Positions 42,847 through 52,441 of a stretch of DNA of 64,000 bases are shown here, piece after piece; position 1 is the stretch's first letter; each line of letters starts with the position of its first letter. Position numbers and translations under genes: made by a program. This DNA comes from Candidatus Methylomirabilota bacterium. GTDB taxonomy: Bacteria; Verrucomicrobiota; Verrucomicrobiia; Limisphaerales; SXQI01. A model generated the notes under the pieces. That model made no database searches, had not been told where the DNA came from, and saw only the letters and a program-made list of their open reading frames with translations. The stretch covers positions 26,949 to 90,948 of the forward strand of contig DASPKX010000172.1 in assembly GCA_035627835.1 (NCBI GenBank), read 5' to 3'.

Positions 42847-44130
42847 CTACCGCGTGAGCTGCGTGCGGACTCGAAGAGCTTTGGCTTGTTGCGGGTCGAG
42901 CCGCAGCGCTTCTGTGGCTTGCTCCAGAGCCTCGCGAGGTTTGCCAACACGGGCGAATTCCTCGGCGAGGGCGGCGTGCGTGTTGGCGTCGCCAGGTTGG
43001 GCGCGGAGAGCGGATGTAAACGCCTCAATCGCGCCGGGAGAATTGCCCGCGCGTGACTGGGCGATGCCAAGGTTGAAGTGGGCTTGGGCAAAGTCGGGCT
43101 TGATGTGAGTGGCGGAACGGAAAGCTTCGGCGGCATCGCGCCAGCGTTCCTGGCAGAAATGAGCCAGGCCAAGCTGGACGAAGCCTTGGAGCGAATTTGT
43201 GCGCGCGGTGAGGTGGCGGTTTAAGAAGAGTTCCGCTTCGTCGCAGCGCCGTTGCTGCACGCGCAGGCGGCCGAGCAGCAGCAGCGTCTCTGGATGCTCA
43301 GGGCTGCTCGCTAAAATCTGGGTTAGCACACGGTCGGCGTCATCCCACCGGCGCTGCGTCATGAAGGCATTTGCGCGATCGAGCATCGACTGCTGATCCA
43401 TTCGCAAGGACTGGATTTCACGGAGGTAAGGATCGGGCCAATCGAAAGGCTTTGGCATGGCAGCGGCACGACGCGCGAAAAAGTTGGCCTGCTCGGTGTC
43501 GCCCATGCGGGTGACAGCCTGGCTAAGCAACAGATGGGCGGGGCGGGCGGTGAATTGATTGGTCAAGGCAGGGGGAAGCGCCTTGGCTGCTTCGCGGGGT
43601 TGATTGGCGGCGAGCTTGAGGCGCGCCAGTTCAACGAGGGCTGCGGGATGGCCTGGAGAGCGGGACAACAATTGCTGCACGGGCGCCTCAGCTTCGGTGA
43701 GCATGCCGTGCTCAATCATGGCTTGCGCGAGCCGCAGCAGAGGCGCGTCATTCGTTGCTTTGGCGGCGGCGGCCTGCAGGTTTTTAATGGCGAGTTGCGG
43801 CTCATGGGGCAATTGCCGCAGCGCGAGAAGGTAGAGCCATTTGCCCTCGCCCGGCGCAAGCTCATGAGCGCGCTGGTAGCAGGTTCTGGCTTCGGCGAAG
43901 AACTCTGCGGCTTCGAATGCCTGGCCGAGTTCACCCCAGGCCTGGGCGGTGTTCGCGCGAGTGACTACGCCACGGCGGTTCTCAATTAGCGTTGAGAGGG
44001 CGGGGTCGAGGCTCGCCACGGCGACCATTGGGGGATTTACCGTGGCGGTCGGTTGGGCTTCCGGTTCGGCGGCCTTCTTGCAGCTCGCAAGCGTTAGCGT
44101 TAGCAGAAGCAGCAACGACGCGAGTCTCAC
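42847..44130 (-). CDS. TPR-repeat lipoprotein
   Basis: The lipobox is MRLASLLLLLTLTLASC. TPR motifs run throughout (AWGELGQAFEAAEFFAEARTCYQRAHELAP..., AHFNLGIAQSRAGNSPGAIEAFTSALRAQP). The start overlaps the stop of the upstream gene as ATGA. Confidence 0.8.
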   Translation of the reverse strand: MRLASLLLLLTLTLASCKKAAEPEAQPTATVNPPMVAVASLDPALSTLIENRRGVVTRANTAQAWGELGQAFEAAEFFAEARTCYQRAHELAPGEGKWLYLLALRQLPHEPQLAIKNLQAAAAKATNDAPLLRLAQAMIEHGMLTEAEAPVQQLLSRSPGHPAALVELARLKLAANQPREAAKALPPALTNQFTARPAHLLLSQAVTRMGDTEQANFFARRAAAMPKPFDWPDPYLREIQSLRMDQQSMLDRANAFMTQRRWDDADRVLTQILASSPEHPETLLLLGRLRVQQRRCDEAELFLNRHLTARTNSLQGFVQLGLAHFCQERWRDAAEAFRSATHIKPDFAQAHFNLGIAQSRAGNSPGAIEAFTSALRAQPGDANTHAALAEEFARVGKPREALEQATEALRLDPQQAKALRVRTQLTR

Positions 44131-45863
44131 AAGGCCTTGCCTTCCCCCCGGCGGAGAACCACCTCGCGGTCCACATTCCTGATGCGGAATATTTCGACCT
44201 TGCCATCAGCCCAAACCACTTGAGCCTCCTCAGCTAAAGCCGCGGTTCCCAACCCAAAATGCAAAGCTGGATCGTTGCTGGCGAGGTAACTTGTTGCTGG
44301 CTGCAGCAGAGCCCACCAGCGTCGGTCGCGGGCGCTCAGTGAGACTTCAGCTCCGATGGCATCGCGGTTGCCATAACGAGGCTCCAAGAGACGGAGTTTC
44401 AGCCAGTGGCCGCGTTGCGGGGCGATGTTCCGGTAGAGCTTCGCCGGGCCGCCCACCGCGCCCACGAGAAGGTCCGGGTGGCCATCATTATCAATGTCCC
44501 CGACAGCAAGGCTGCGACCGACGACTGCCTCACCGGAGAAGTTCGGATTGGCAGGAGAGACGTCCTGAAACCGTCCATTCTGGTTCAGGAATATTTGGGG
44601 GCGCTGAGCGTAACGAGCCCACCATGGATCCGTGCCTTGCGCAACCGGTGTTTGACCTGGAGTGGCGCGCCGCACCAAGCCATTCACGAAAGCCACATCA
44701 TTCCATCCGTCCGAATTGAAATCGGCAGCGACAGCGCCAAAGCCGGTGCCGCGCCAACCCTGCTGCTGCAAGCCGGTTTGCGCGATGGTGTCGGAGAACA
44801 ACCCGGGTTGGTCCTGGCGATAGAAGGAGTGGAACTCCTCTGAAAGATGCGTGACGAAAAGATCGGGCAAGGCATCGCCAGACATGTCGGCATAAGCCAC
44901 CCCCATGTTCGCGGCTGTGCGGCCCATCGCATTGTGGGCGAGGCCGCGAGCGATGGCTTCCTCGGCGAAAGTTCCATTGCGTTGGTTGACGAACAAACGA
45001 TTCGGGCGCCCGTCGTCGGAGCAGAAAATATCAGGCCACTTGTCTCCCGTGAAATCCGCACAGACGAGACCCAACGCGACACCGGGCTTGGCGATTAGGC
45101 CAGAGCGGACCGTCCAATCCTCGAACCTTGGGGGAGCGCCATTGCCTTCGGTGATGTTCCGCCAAAGGCGAGTTGTTGTGGCTGGGAAGGCTTCCGGGGC
45201 GCAGAATTCCTGGCGTCCCTGGTGATCGTGGCAAATCTGTGAGGGGTCGTAATCGACGTAATTGGCGACAACCAGATCGAGGCGCCCATCGCGGTCGAAA
45301 TCAATGAAGCTGGCCGGCACCGCCCAACGAACATTATCAACCCCGCACTCAGCTGTGATTTCGCGAAAGCGGCTCATGCCGAGATTTTGGAAGAGTCGCG
45401 TCGCGCCGTATTCGGTGAGAACGAGGTCAGGAAGGCCGTCGTTGTTTATGTCACCTGCTATGGCGCCCATTCCCTTGCCGGTCACACCAAGCCCTGAACC
45501 TTCGGTAACATCTTTAAACGAGCCGTTTGGCCGTTGCTCGAAGAAGCGGTTCGCCGCCGCCGCGCCAACTCCGCCGTTTTGGGTGAAGTAAACATCCAGG
45601 CGGCCATCATTGTTCGCATCGAACAGCGCGACGCCGGAGCCAATTTGATCGGCCATGAAATAGTTCGTTCCAGCGCGGTGCGTGAACTTCAGGCCGACGT
45701 TCTCCGTTACATCCTCAAAGATGTTAGCGGCCGGGGAGGCGCTTGAAGCGGTTATCGTGGACCGTGGAGCAGGCGGTTCGCTGGCAGCCGTATTCGCGTT
45801 CCGCTTCTCCCCACAGCCAGCGCACAGAAGCACGCCGGCAAGCCCAGCCACCAGTGCGCGCAT
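44127..45863 (-). CDS. CRTAC1-family lipoprotein (FG-GAP/VCBS repeats + ASPIC/UnbV C-terminal domain)
   Basis: The start is set at ATG 45863 (MRALVAGLAGVLLCAGCGEK, lipobox). Repeated FG-GAP-like units are present (DANNDGRLDVYF, DINNDGLPDLVL, DFDRDGRLDLVV, DFTGDKWPDIF, DFNSDGWNDVAF, DIDNDGHPDLLV). The ASPIC/UnbV-like tail is NRDAIGAEVSL...SYLASNDPALHFGLG. The longer listed ORF (to 46175) overlaps the upstream gene. Confidence 0.85.
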   Translation of the reverse strand: MRALVAGLAGVLLCAGCGEKRNANTAASEPPAPRSTITASSASPAANIFEDVTENVGLKFTHRAGTNYFMADQIGSGVALFDANNDGRLDVYFTQNGGVGAAAANRFFEQRPNGSFKDVTEGSGLGVTGKGMGAIAGDINNDGLPDLVLTEYGATRLFQNLGMSRFREITAECGVDNVRWAVPASFIDFDRDGRLDLVVANYVDYDPSQICHDHQGRQEFCAPEAFPATTTRLWRNITEGNGAPPRFEDWTVRSGLIAKPGVALGLVCADFTGDKWPDIFCSDDGRPNRLFVNQRNGTFAEEAIARGLAHNAMGRTAANMGVAYADMSGDALPDLFVTHLSEEFHSFYRQDQPGLFSDTIAQTGLQQQGWRGTGFGAVAADFNSDGWNDVAFVNGLVRRATPGQTPVAQGTDPWWARYAQRPQIFLNQNGRFQDVSPANPNFSGEAVVGRSLAVGDIDNDGHPDLLVGAVGGPAKLYRNIAPQRGHWLKLRLLEPRYGNRDAIGAEVSLSARDRRWWALLQPATSYLASNDPALHFGLGTAALAEEAQVVWADGKVEIFRIRNVDREVVLRRGEGKAL

Positions 45864-47347
45864 CACATTCCCCACTTGGGAGCAGCGCCGCGGACGACGC
45901 TGAGGCATTGCTTCACATCGAAGCCGCGCCGGGCTTCCGCTGTCCACATGGCGCACTTGTCGCGCCAGACTTTTGCTTCGTTGGCGGGCGGGTTGTAAGG
46001 CTTTTTGTGCGGGACGTTTTGCCCGACAAGCATGGCAAGATACCCGTCCATGCCGAACGAGTTTGAAGGATGAAGGAGCTGCGCGCCAGCAACGACGCTG
46101 GGACCATTTTCTTTGTAGAAATCGACCAGGAATTGCGCGCCATGCAACTTGGTGTCGCTGCGGCAAGCTCGCCAAAATTCGGTGTCCAAGCGCGTGTTGA
46201 AAGCGTAATGCACCGCGAGAAAATCGCGAATGTCATCCCACGCCTGCCCATTGTAACGATTGTACAGCTCGATCAACGTCGGCGTGGGGTCGCAGAGGCT
46301 GTCGATGAGTGAGTCGGCCAACGTGCTCGCCTCCACGCAGATCACCTGGAGCGCGGTCGCTTCGAGAGGCTCAACGAAACCAACAGAGTTGCCAACGCCA
46401 ACGACGTTGCCGATCCAGTTGCGGGCGTAGCGGCCGCTGCGGAATTTCACAACGCGCGGCTGGTTGGCGACCTTCGGGTTTTTGGCGAGAAATTCAGCGA
46501 GGGCCGCTTCGTCACTGATAAAAGCGGAGCTGTAAACGTAGCCGCGATTAATCCAGCTCTCGTGCTCGATTTGCCAGCACCAGCCTGCGTCCATTGTTTC
46601 ACAGACGGTATATGGCTTAATGGGCTCATTCGTCCGGGGCCATCCGCCGATAACAGCGCGGTCGCAGAAGAGGGAGTCCGAGTAGCTGATGAACGGCTCC
46701 TGCAACGCCTTGCCGAGCAGCTCGGAACGGAAACCGGAAGCATCCACATACAGATCGGCGGTCAGACGCTCGCCTTTTTCGGTGATTAAAGCAGCGATCC
46801 CTTGCGGCCCTTTCTCGGCAGTAACGGTGGCATCAACAATCTTAACGCCCAAAGTGCGGCAGACGCTTTCCAGCCATCCAACCAGCTTCACGTTCTCGAT
46901 ATGAAAGGCGTGGTTGTTGTGGAAAAGCGGTGTTCCGTCTGGTTTGCGGGGGAACGCTTTATCCTGCGATATGAATGCGGATACCGGCCCTGCGCAAAGG
47001 CAATCCTGCCCGAAGTAAAAGCCGTTATTACGCGAGAGTTCGGGCATCCGCTGCTGGAACTCGTAAGCGAAGGTGTAATAAAATTCAGGCCGCGGCCCCC
47101 AGATGAACTTAATGCCGAGCTTCCAGGTGGGCTCAGCCATTTGGTAAAATTGCTGAGGCTTCAGCTTGAGGTATTCGAAGAAATGCTTCGGGAACGCAAC
47201 GGTGGTTCCCTCCCCCACCCCAATGATGCCAAGGTCAGGGCTGCGAACGACGGTGACCTCGAGTTGCGGCAACTTGCGCTTGAGAGTGAGCGCCGCCATC
47301 AACCCTGCGCTGCCTGCACCAAGCACCAAAACATTTTGGATGGGCAT
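45863..47347 (-). CDS. Flavin-dependent tryptophan-halogenase-family protein (substrate unknown)
   Basis: The FAD fold is NVLVLGAGSAGLMAALTL. IGVGEGT is the family hallmark and GWCWQIEH is a variant of WxWxIP. The protein is ~494 aa. The stop and the downstream start overlap as TGATG. Confidence 0.8.
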   Translation of the reverse strand: MPIQNVLVLGAGSAGLMAALTLKRKLPQLEVTVVRSPDLGIIGVGEGTTVAFPKHFFEYLKLKPQQFYQMAEPTWKLGIKFIWGPRPEFYYTFAYEFQQRMPELSRNNGFYFGQDCLCAGPVSAFISQDKAFPRKPDGTPLFHNNHAFHIENVKLVGWLESVCRTLGVKIVDATVTAEKGPQGIAALITEKGERLTADLYVDASGFRSELLGKALQEPFISYSDSLFCDRAVIGGWPRTNEPIKPYTVCETMDAGWCWQIEHESWINRGYVYSSAFISDEAALAEFLAKNPKVANQPRVVKFRSGRYARNWIGNVVGVGNSVGFVEPLEATALQVICVEASTLADSLIDSLCDPTPTLIELYNRYNGQAWDDIRDFLAVHYAFNTRLDTEFWRACRSDTKLHGAQFLVDFYKENGPSVVAGAQLLHPSNSFGMDGYLAMLVGQNVPHKKPYNPPANEAKVWRDKCAMWTAEARRGFDVKQCLSVVRGAAPKWGM

Positions 47348-47417
47348 GCCGCAAAGTTATTCCAAAGAAATGCGCCTTCTCAATGGAAAAGCGCGCAGGA
47401 AGGAGTTCTGTTGAAAA

Positions 47418-47504
47418 TGGTGCCGATGGAGGGGGTCGAACCCACACGACCTCACGGTCACAGGATTTTGAGTCCAGCGCGTCTGCCAATTCCGCCACAT
47501 CGGC
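47418..47504 (-). tRNA. tRNA-Leu (anticodon CAA), type II with long variable arm, CCA encoded
   Basis: The reverse complement reads GCCGATG-TG-GCGGAATTGGCAGACGC-G-CTGGA-CTCAAAA-TCCTG-TGACCGTGAGGTCGT-GTGGG-TTCGACC-CCCTC-CATCGGC-A-CCA. The acceptor stem is perfect. The anticodon stem and the T stem each have one U-U mismatch. Confidence 0.85.
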
Positions 47505-47654
47505 CTCTGACAACTGGCGAACCAGTTGCGCGGCCAGGCATAGCCGCTAACGAGGTTGTGGAAAGTAGTGCAACGCGTACCGGGGGTCAAGGTTGCTTTC
47601 TGCCAAACCCCTGCGCTTCTTGCCGCCGGTCCACTGCGGAGCTAACGTTGCGGC

Positions 47655-48044
47655 ATGGGAATTCAAGCGGTGAATGCGCCTTCCGCTCCGAAGCCGGTGG
47701 GGCCTTACAGTCATGCAGTGCGGGTTGAGAATCTCATCTTCCTCTCCGGGCAAATACCTCTGGATCCTGCCACCGGAAAACTCGTGCCCGGCGACATTAA
47801 AGCGCAAACCCAGCGGGTGTTGGAGAACATTCGCCTCGTGCTGGAGAGCCAGGGACGCACACCTATGGACGTTGTGAAGACAACGGTGTTCCTCACGAAC
47901 CTCGGAGATTTCGCGGCAATGAATGAGGTGTATGCCGCGTTTTTCCACAACCATCATCCGGCGCGGTCCACGATCCAAGTGTCCGCTTTGCCCGCTGGGG
48001 CGAATGTGGAAATTGAAGTTGTGGCGCACCTTGGGCCGCGTTAA
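47655..48044 (+). CDS. ridA: RidA family reactive-intermediate deaminase (YjgF/L-PSP)
   Basis: Motifs APKPVGPYSHAVRVENLIFLSGQIPLDPATGKL, KTTVFLTNLGDFAAMNEVY, PARSTIQVSALP and VEIEVVA. Confidence 0.9.
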   Translation: MGIQAVNAPSAPKPVGPYSHAVRVENLIFLSGQIPLDPATGKLVPGDIKAQTQRVLENIRLVLESQGRTPMDVVKTTVFLTNLGDFAAMNEVYAAFFHNHHPARSTIQVSALPAGANVEIEVVAHLGPR

Positions 48045-48072
48045 GAACGCGCTTTCGGGCGGGGGGCTTCGG

Positions 48073-48750
48073 TTAAGAGCGCGGCAAGGGTGTGAAGAAC
48101 ACCTGAGTGCAGAATATCTTCACTAGACCCGTGCGATCTTTCTCTGGATGGCAACTCACCCCGAGGCATTGGGGGTCTGTGCGTAGAATGTTCGCGCGGT
48201 GGCCGGGTGAGTTCATCCAATTCTTGACGAGGTTTGCCGCAAAGCCGGCGTAGGTATGCGGTTGGATCGCCTCCCCTTCAGGCGTGTAGCTGAGCACTTT
48301 TTTACCTTGCTCTTCGCGAACGTAAAAGCCGCGTCCACTCTCGTAATCGCGCCCGAATACCACCGCGACATTTTCCGCTAGATAACGGAAGTTCAATCCA
48401 GCCGCTTTGGCTCGATCGCCAAGCGTGCGGAAGCGGGGGTTCTCCGGGTTATCGTGCGAAATCGTTCCACGAGTGTTCATGATGCGCGATTGGATCGCTG
48501 CCGCCGCGGCTGCTCCTTGATGATATTTGAGCAGCGGCAACCCGGCTTTCTCCCGCTCGGCGTTTGTGGCGTGGAAAACGGCGGCGTTCAGAAGGTTGGT
48601 GTCAATTTTCGTGAGGTTGATGCGCGCTTGCGCGGCGGGCGCCTGCTGGAATGTCGCCCATGTGACCTCCGCTTGCTGAACCGCAGCTTGAAGCGCATTC
48701 CCCAAAGCGAGCGCAAGAACGCAAATCACGAGACGCATGCGTAACCCCAT
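48073..48750 (-). CDS. Secreted CAP/SCP (PR-1-like) domain protein
   Basis: A signal peptide is present. Motifs are HATNAEREKAGLPLLKYH, ISHDNP, ENVA and NWMNSPGHRANIL...LGVS. Confidence 0.85.
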   Translation of the reverse strand: MGLRMRLVICVLALALGNALQAAVQQAEVTWATFQQAPAAQARINLTKIDTNLLNAAVFHATNAEREKAGLPLLKYHQGAAAAAAIQSRIMNTRGTISHDNPENPRFRTLGDRAKAAGLNFRYLAENVAVVFGRDYESGRGFYVREEQGKKVLSYTPEGEAIQPHTYAGFAANLVKNWMNSPGHRANILRTDPQCLGVSCHPEKDRTGLVKIFCTQVFFTPLPRS

Positions 48751-48818
48751 GCCTTAAGTGTGACATACACGACCGCGAGGAGCCAGCGCGCTCGCGCATG
48801 AGGGGACGGCGAGCGTTC

Positions 48819-49310
48819 TTATCCGGCGCAGCAAGCGGTCTCACGCAAAGTCGGCAGCGGCTTAAACTCTGCACCACTTGCCAACTTCGGGGGGAGGCAA
48901 CGGTCCTTCGCCAGGCAGTCGGTGTGCTTTACGCCAAGGTGAAGAAATAAAGACGCGCCGTCTGAGATGGCGGTTGTGATCGGGAATTGGGAGATAAACG
49001 GCGCCTCATGCTCCACTTCCACCTCTAAAGCATCGTCCTGAATGATGCTCCTGGACTTCTCCAGGATGCCGAGCAGCTTGCCTGCGGTCAGCCGATGATC
49101 GGTGTCGTCCTGGAACCAGGTTTGCAGCCGGCAAATGGAATCGGTGCGCGCTGTGCCCCCGCAATCGATGAACTTCTTGTCCACCTGCGCCACCTCTGTG
49201 ACATGCGCGTGGGGCGGAATTTTCGAGCCGGTGGGGAGCACGAAGCGGAGTTCGAGCGCGTGATGCTGAACCAGCAGTTCTTTCAATTCTTGAAGCTTCA
49301 TTGAGTGCAA
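48819..49310 (-). CDS. DUF6428-like protein
   Basis: MKLQELKELL...LRFVLPTGSKIPPHAHVTEV..KKFIDCGGTAR...RLQTW...D.DHRL matches my memory of the DUF6428 pattern. The function is unknown. Confidence 0.65.
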   Translation of the reverse strand: MHSMKLQELKELLVQHHALELRFVLPTGSKIPPHAHVTEVAQVDKKFIDCGGTARTDSICRLQTWFQDDTDHRLTAGKLLGILEKSRSIIQDDALEVEVEHEAPFISQFPITTAISDGASLFLHLGVKHTDCLAKDRCLPPKLASGAEFKPLPTLRETACCAG

Positions 49311-49448
49311 TGGCGGCCCACGGACGCGGAACCGCTGGAGGCAAGATGCCCCGCAAGAACATATTCGTAAATGCGCATACGTTTGAGGGCGCCTGGCTGA
49401 CTTGTAGGACGCCTTGAGCGCTCGACAGTCGCGGTGCCTTCCGCTGAA

Positions 49449-51257
49449 ATGCAGCCGCTAAGCGTGCCACACAACATCGATCTCATCCTAACTTTAACCG
49501 GCGGGTTAACCGCCGCGCTCTTGCTTGGGTTTATTACCCAGAAGCTCAAGTTGTCTCCGATCGTCGGCTATTTGCTGGCCGGGATCATCGTTGGACCGCA
49601 CTCGCCGGGGTTTGTCGCGGATCCAGATATCGCGAGCCAAAGCGCTGAGATTGGCGTGATCCTGTTGATGTTCGGGGTCGGGCTGCATTTCCATCTGAAG
49701 GATCTCATGGCGGTGCGGAACATCGCCGTGCCGGGAGCGATTGGCCAGATTGCGGCTGCCACTGTGATGGGAGCCTTGGCCACCAAGCTGTTCGGCTGGT
49801 CGTGGGCGGCAGGGATCGTTTTCGGAATGGCCATTTCGGTGGCGAGCACCGTGGTGCTCACGCGCGTTCTCTCTGATAACCGCGATCTGCACACGCCCAC
49901 AGGGCACAGCGCGATTGGTTGGCTCATTGTTGAAGACCTCTTCACGATCGTGGTTCTGGTGCTTTTACCGGCGATCTTCGGCGGCGCTGGTCACAACGGA
50001 GGCGCCCACACGGCGGCTGCGGGCGGCGAAAGTTCCCTCTGGGGCACACTCGGTGTGGCTATGCTGAAGCTGGGGGCGCTCATTCTTTTCACGTTCACTA
50101 TCGGCCAAAAGTTCATCCCAAAGTTCCTGGGTTACGTCGCGCGGACCGGCTCAAGGGAATTGTTCACCCTCGCGGTGCTGGTGCTTGCGCTGGGCATCGC
50201 GGTGGGCGCGGCCAAGTTCTTCGGGGCCTCGATGGCGCTCGGCGCGTTCCTTGCCGGGATGATCGTGGGGCAATCCGACTTCAGCGCCAGGGCGGCATCC
50301 GACGCGTTGCCGATGCGGGATGCGTTCGCGGTGCTCTTCTTTGTTTCGGTGGGGATGCTCTTCGATCCCGGCGCGGTGCGGGAGGGGTGGCCGTTGATGC
50401 TGGTGACGCTCGCGATCGTGTTGGTTGGCAAACCGCTGGCGGCGGTTCTGGTAGTTCTGGCTTTAAAGAAGCCGTTGCGGCTGGCGCTGTCGATCGCGGT
50501 GGCGCTCGGGCAAATTGGGGAGTTCTCGTTCATTCTGGCGACGCTCGCCATCTCGATGAAGATCATGCCAGGGGAAGCGATGAACGCGCTGGTGGTGGCG
50601 TCGATTGTATCGATCACGCTAAACCCAATGCTTTACCACAGCGTGGAGCCGATGGTGCGCTGGCTCGAGGCCAGGAATATCGTGAAGGCTCCCGAGTTTG
50701 TGGCCCCACCACCAGGGGCGTTTCAAAAAGACCCGACCAAAGACTTGGTGATCGTCATCGGCTACGGGCCAGTCGGGCGAACGGTCAGCCGCATTCTCGC
50801 GGACAACAGTATCCAGCCCATCGTCATTGAACTGAACATCGACACCGTTCTGGCCCTGAACGTCCAGGGATTGCAGACCATCTACGGTGACGCAACGAAC
50901 CCGGAGATTCTGCGCAGCGCGAGGATTGCCGAAGCCGCAGGCCTGATCCTTTCCACGTCCACACCCGAGGCTAAGAACATCATTAAGACCGCTCGTGAGT
51001 TGAACCCAAAGGTCCGCATTCTGACGCGCTCAACGTACCTCGCGGAAACGGACGAGCTGAGAAAAGCCGGGGCCGATGGTATTTTCTCGAGCGAAGGCGA
51101 AGTGGCGCTTTCCATGGCCGATTTCCTCATGGCCGAAATGGGCGCCACGGACGAACAAATCGACCGGGAGCGTGAACGCGTGCGCAAGGATCTGTTTCAG
51201 ACCGATCATGCCGCGGAGAGGGACATAGATTCGCAAACACCCGCGAAAAAGAGCTGA
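49449..51257 (+). CDS. Cation:proton antiporter (CPA2, Kef/YbaL-type) with C-terminal RCK/TrkA-N domain
   Basis: The start at ATG 49449 gives MQPLSVPHNIDLILTLTGGL. There are ~12 TM helices (GYLLAGIIVGPHSPGF, VILLMFGVGLHF). The RCK domain is VIVIGYGPVGRTVSRIL. Confidence 0.9.
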   Translation: MQPLSVPHNIDLILTLTGGLTAALLLGFITQKLKLSPIVGYLLAGIIVGPHSPGFVADPDIASQSAEIGVILLMFGVGLHFHLKDLMAVRNIAVPGAIGQIAAATVMGALATKLFGWSWAAGIVFGMAISVASTVVLTRVLSDNRDLHTPTGHSAIGWLIVEDLFTIVVLVLLPAIFGGAGHNGGAHTAAAGGESSLWGTLGVAMLKLGALILFTFTIGQKFIPKFLGYVARTGSRELFTLAVLVLALGIAVGAAKFFGASMALGAFLAGMIVGQSDFSARAASDALPMRDAFAVLFFVSVGMLFDPGAVREGWPLMLVTLAIVLVGKPLAAVLVVLALKKPLRLALSIAVALGQIGEFSFILATLAISMKIMPGEAMNALVVASIVSITLNPMLYHSVEPMVRWLEARNIVKAPEFVAPPPGAFQKDPTKDLVIVIGYGPVGRTVSRILADNSIQPIVIELNIDTVLALNVQGLQTIYGDATNPEILRSARIAEAAGLILSTSTPEAKNIIKTARELNPKVRILTRSTYLAETDELRKAGADGIFSSEGEVALSMADFLMAEMGATDEQIDRERERVRKDLFQTDHAAERDIDSQTPAKKS

Positions 51258-51302
51258 GGCAGGACTCCTGCCGGCGTGGGATAGGGGGGCAACCTTGCCC
51301 CC
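51258..51302. terminator. Two hairpins in the 62-nt gap between convergent genes (candidate bidirectional terminators)
   Basis: Hairpin 1 is ggcagg-act-cctgcc (51258-51272). Hairpin 2 is gggggcaa-cc-ttgccccc (51285-51302). There are no clear U-tracts. Confidence 0.45.
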
Positions 51303-51319
51303 GCCCAACGAATGCAAGC

Positions 51320-52330
51320 TTACGGATAGAACGCGCGGTAGAAACGGCGCGACTCGTTGACGGGAGTTCCATCTGTCGTCACATACGGGCTGAGCGTGGG
51401 TGTCGGCTTCTCCAACTGAACCCAGTTCACAAGATCCTTCGAATGCTCAATCGTGAGTTGAAGGGTCGGAGTGTTCGTCAGGGTCAATGTGACTGTGCCA
51501 TTGGCGGCGCGGGAAATGGGTCCGAACTCAAGCCGGCCAACCAGGGGCGCAGCGGCTGGCGGTGTGACAGCGTTCGATTCGAGTGTGACGGCCGTTTGGG
51601 AGTACAACCTGCCGTTCACCGAAGCGCCGGTTTTGAAGATAATCCCCGCCTGGGCAAGGACAATGCCTTCGAAATGGGCTTGTGTGCCGACCTGCACGCC
51701 CACCCCGCCGGACACTTGCCAGAAAACATTCTTCGCCTGAGCCCCACCGCTAAGGATCACGGATTTAGACGCGGCCATGGTGACACTTCCAGCAATCTGG
51801 AAGATCCAGACATCGTTTGGCCCGCCCGCAAGGGTGACGTTGTCCGTAATGTTCACGCCGGTTCCCCATTTATAGAGCCCTGGGGTGAGCGTGAGCCCGC
51901 CAATATTCCCGGCCCCGCGCTCCGTGAAGTCAGGCGTGGTTCGCCCTGCGGCGTCGGTGAAGGCGGTTTCCATATCGCTGACGGCAGTGGTCAAAAGCGC
52001 GGGAGTCGGAGCCGAGTAGTTGGGCGCGTAAACTTTCCCGACCACTTGGGGCGAGGTCGAGAAGCGAGTGCTGCTATCCATAATAAGCGAGAAGCCCGTG
52101 ATGGCGGTCGAGCCGATGGGGCTCACGCCGATGTCGCCTTTGATGGCGGAGCTTGGGACTGTGCTGATGCCGGATTTGGCCAGGACGGTGAAGTTGCCAG
52201 CGCTGCGAAGGTTCACAGGAAGCTGCGCGGCAGAGACGGACACCTGGGCGAGGAGCAGAGCGCTCAGAAGGCCGCAGATCGGCGATTTAAGGGCGTTGAG
52301 GAGGAGATTGTCGGATGTGTATTTTTTCAA
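51320..52330 (-). CDS. Secreted DUF3494 (ice-binding-protein-like) beta-solenoid protein with C-terminal FYR module
   Basis: A signal peptide is present. The family N-terminus is SAGNFTVLAKSGISTVPSSAIKGDIGVSPIGSTAITGFSL. Other motifs are LTTAVSDMETAFTDAAGRT, GLTLTPGLYKW and DVWIFQIAGS. The C-terminus is ...ESRRFYRAFYP. Confidence 0.85.
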   Translation of the reverse strand: MKKYTSDNLLLNALKSPICGLLSALLLAQVSVSAAQLPVNLRSAGNFTVLAKSGISTVPSSAIKGDIGVSPIGSTAITGFSLIMDSSTRFSTSPQVVGKVYAPNYSAPTPALLTTAVSDMETAFTDAAGRTTPDFTERGAGNIGGLTLTPGLYKWGTGVNITDNVTLAGGPNDVWIFQIAGSVTMAASKSVILSGGAQAKNVFWQVSGGVGVQVGTQAHFEGIVLAQAGIIFKTGASVNGRLYSQTAVTLESNAVTPPAAAPLVGRLEFGPISRAANGTVTLTLTNTPTLQLTIEHSKDLVNWVQLEKPTPTLSPYVTTDGTPVNESRRFYRAFYP

Positions 52331-52441
52331 GGCTCATAGGTTACCTCACATGAGGCAGCCGGTGTATGGGGTGTAACCCCACCAAAAAAACGCCAGGCTG
52401 CGGGTTTAAGTGGACAAGAAGGCATTGGAGGCGAAGATGGG

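Noticed and set aside
44127-46175. Long 5' extensions in the ORF track: 682-aa version of the CRTAC1 gene, 17488 start of the dehydrogenase, 4219 start of the UxaA homologue, 23719 start of apbE, 55567 start of the GAF kinase, 37912 start of paralog B and 13674 start of sppA
   Set aside because: Each extension overlaps the upstream gene or a terminator and encodes Arg/Pro-rich junk. Internal ATGs give proper signal peptides, lipoboxes or family N-termini, often with ATGA/TGATG coupling to the upstream stop.
46802-47728. 308-aa plus-strand ORF
   Set aside because: It runs antisense through the halogenase-family gene, straight across tRNA-Leu (47418..47504) and into ridA in the wrong frame. 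It cannot be real.
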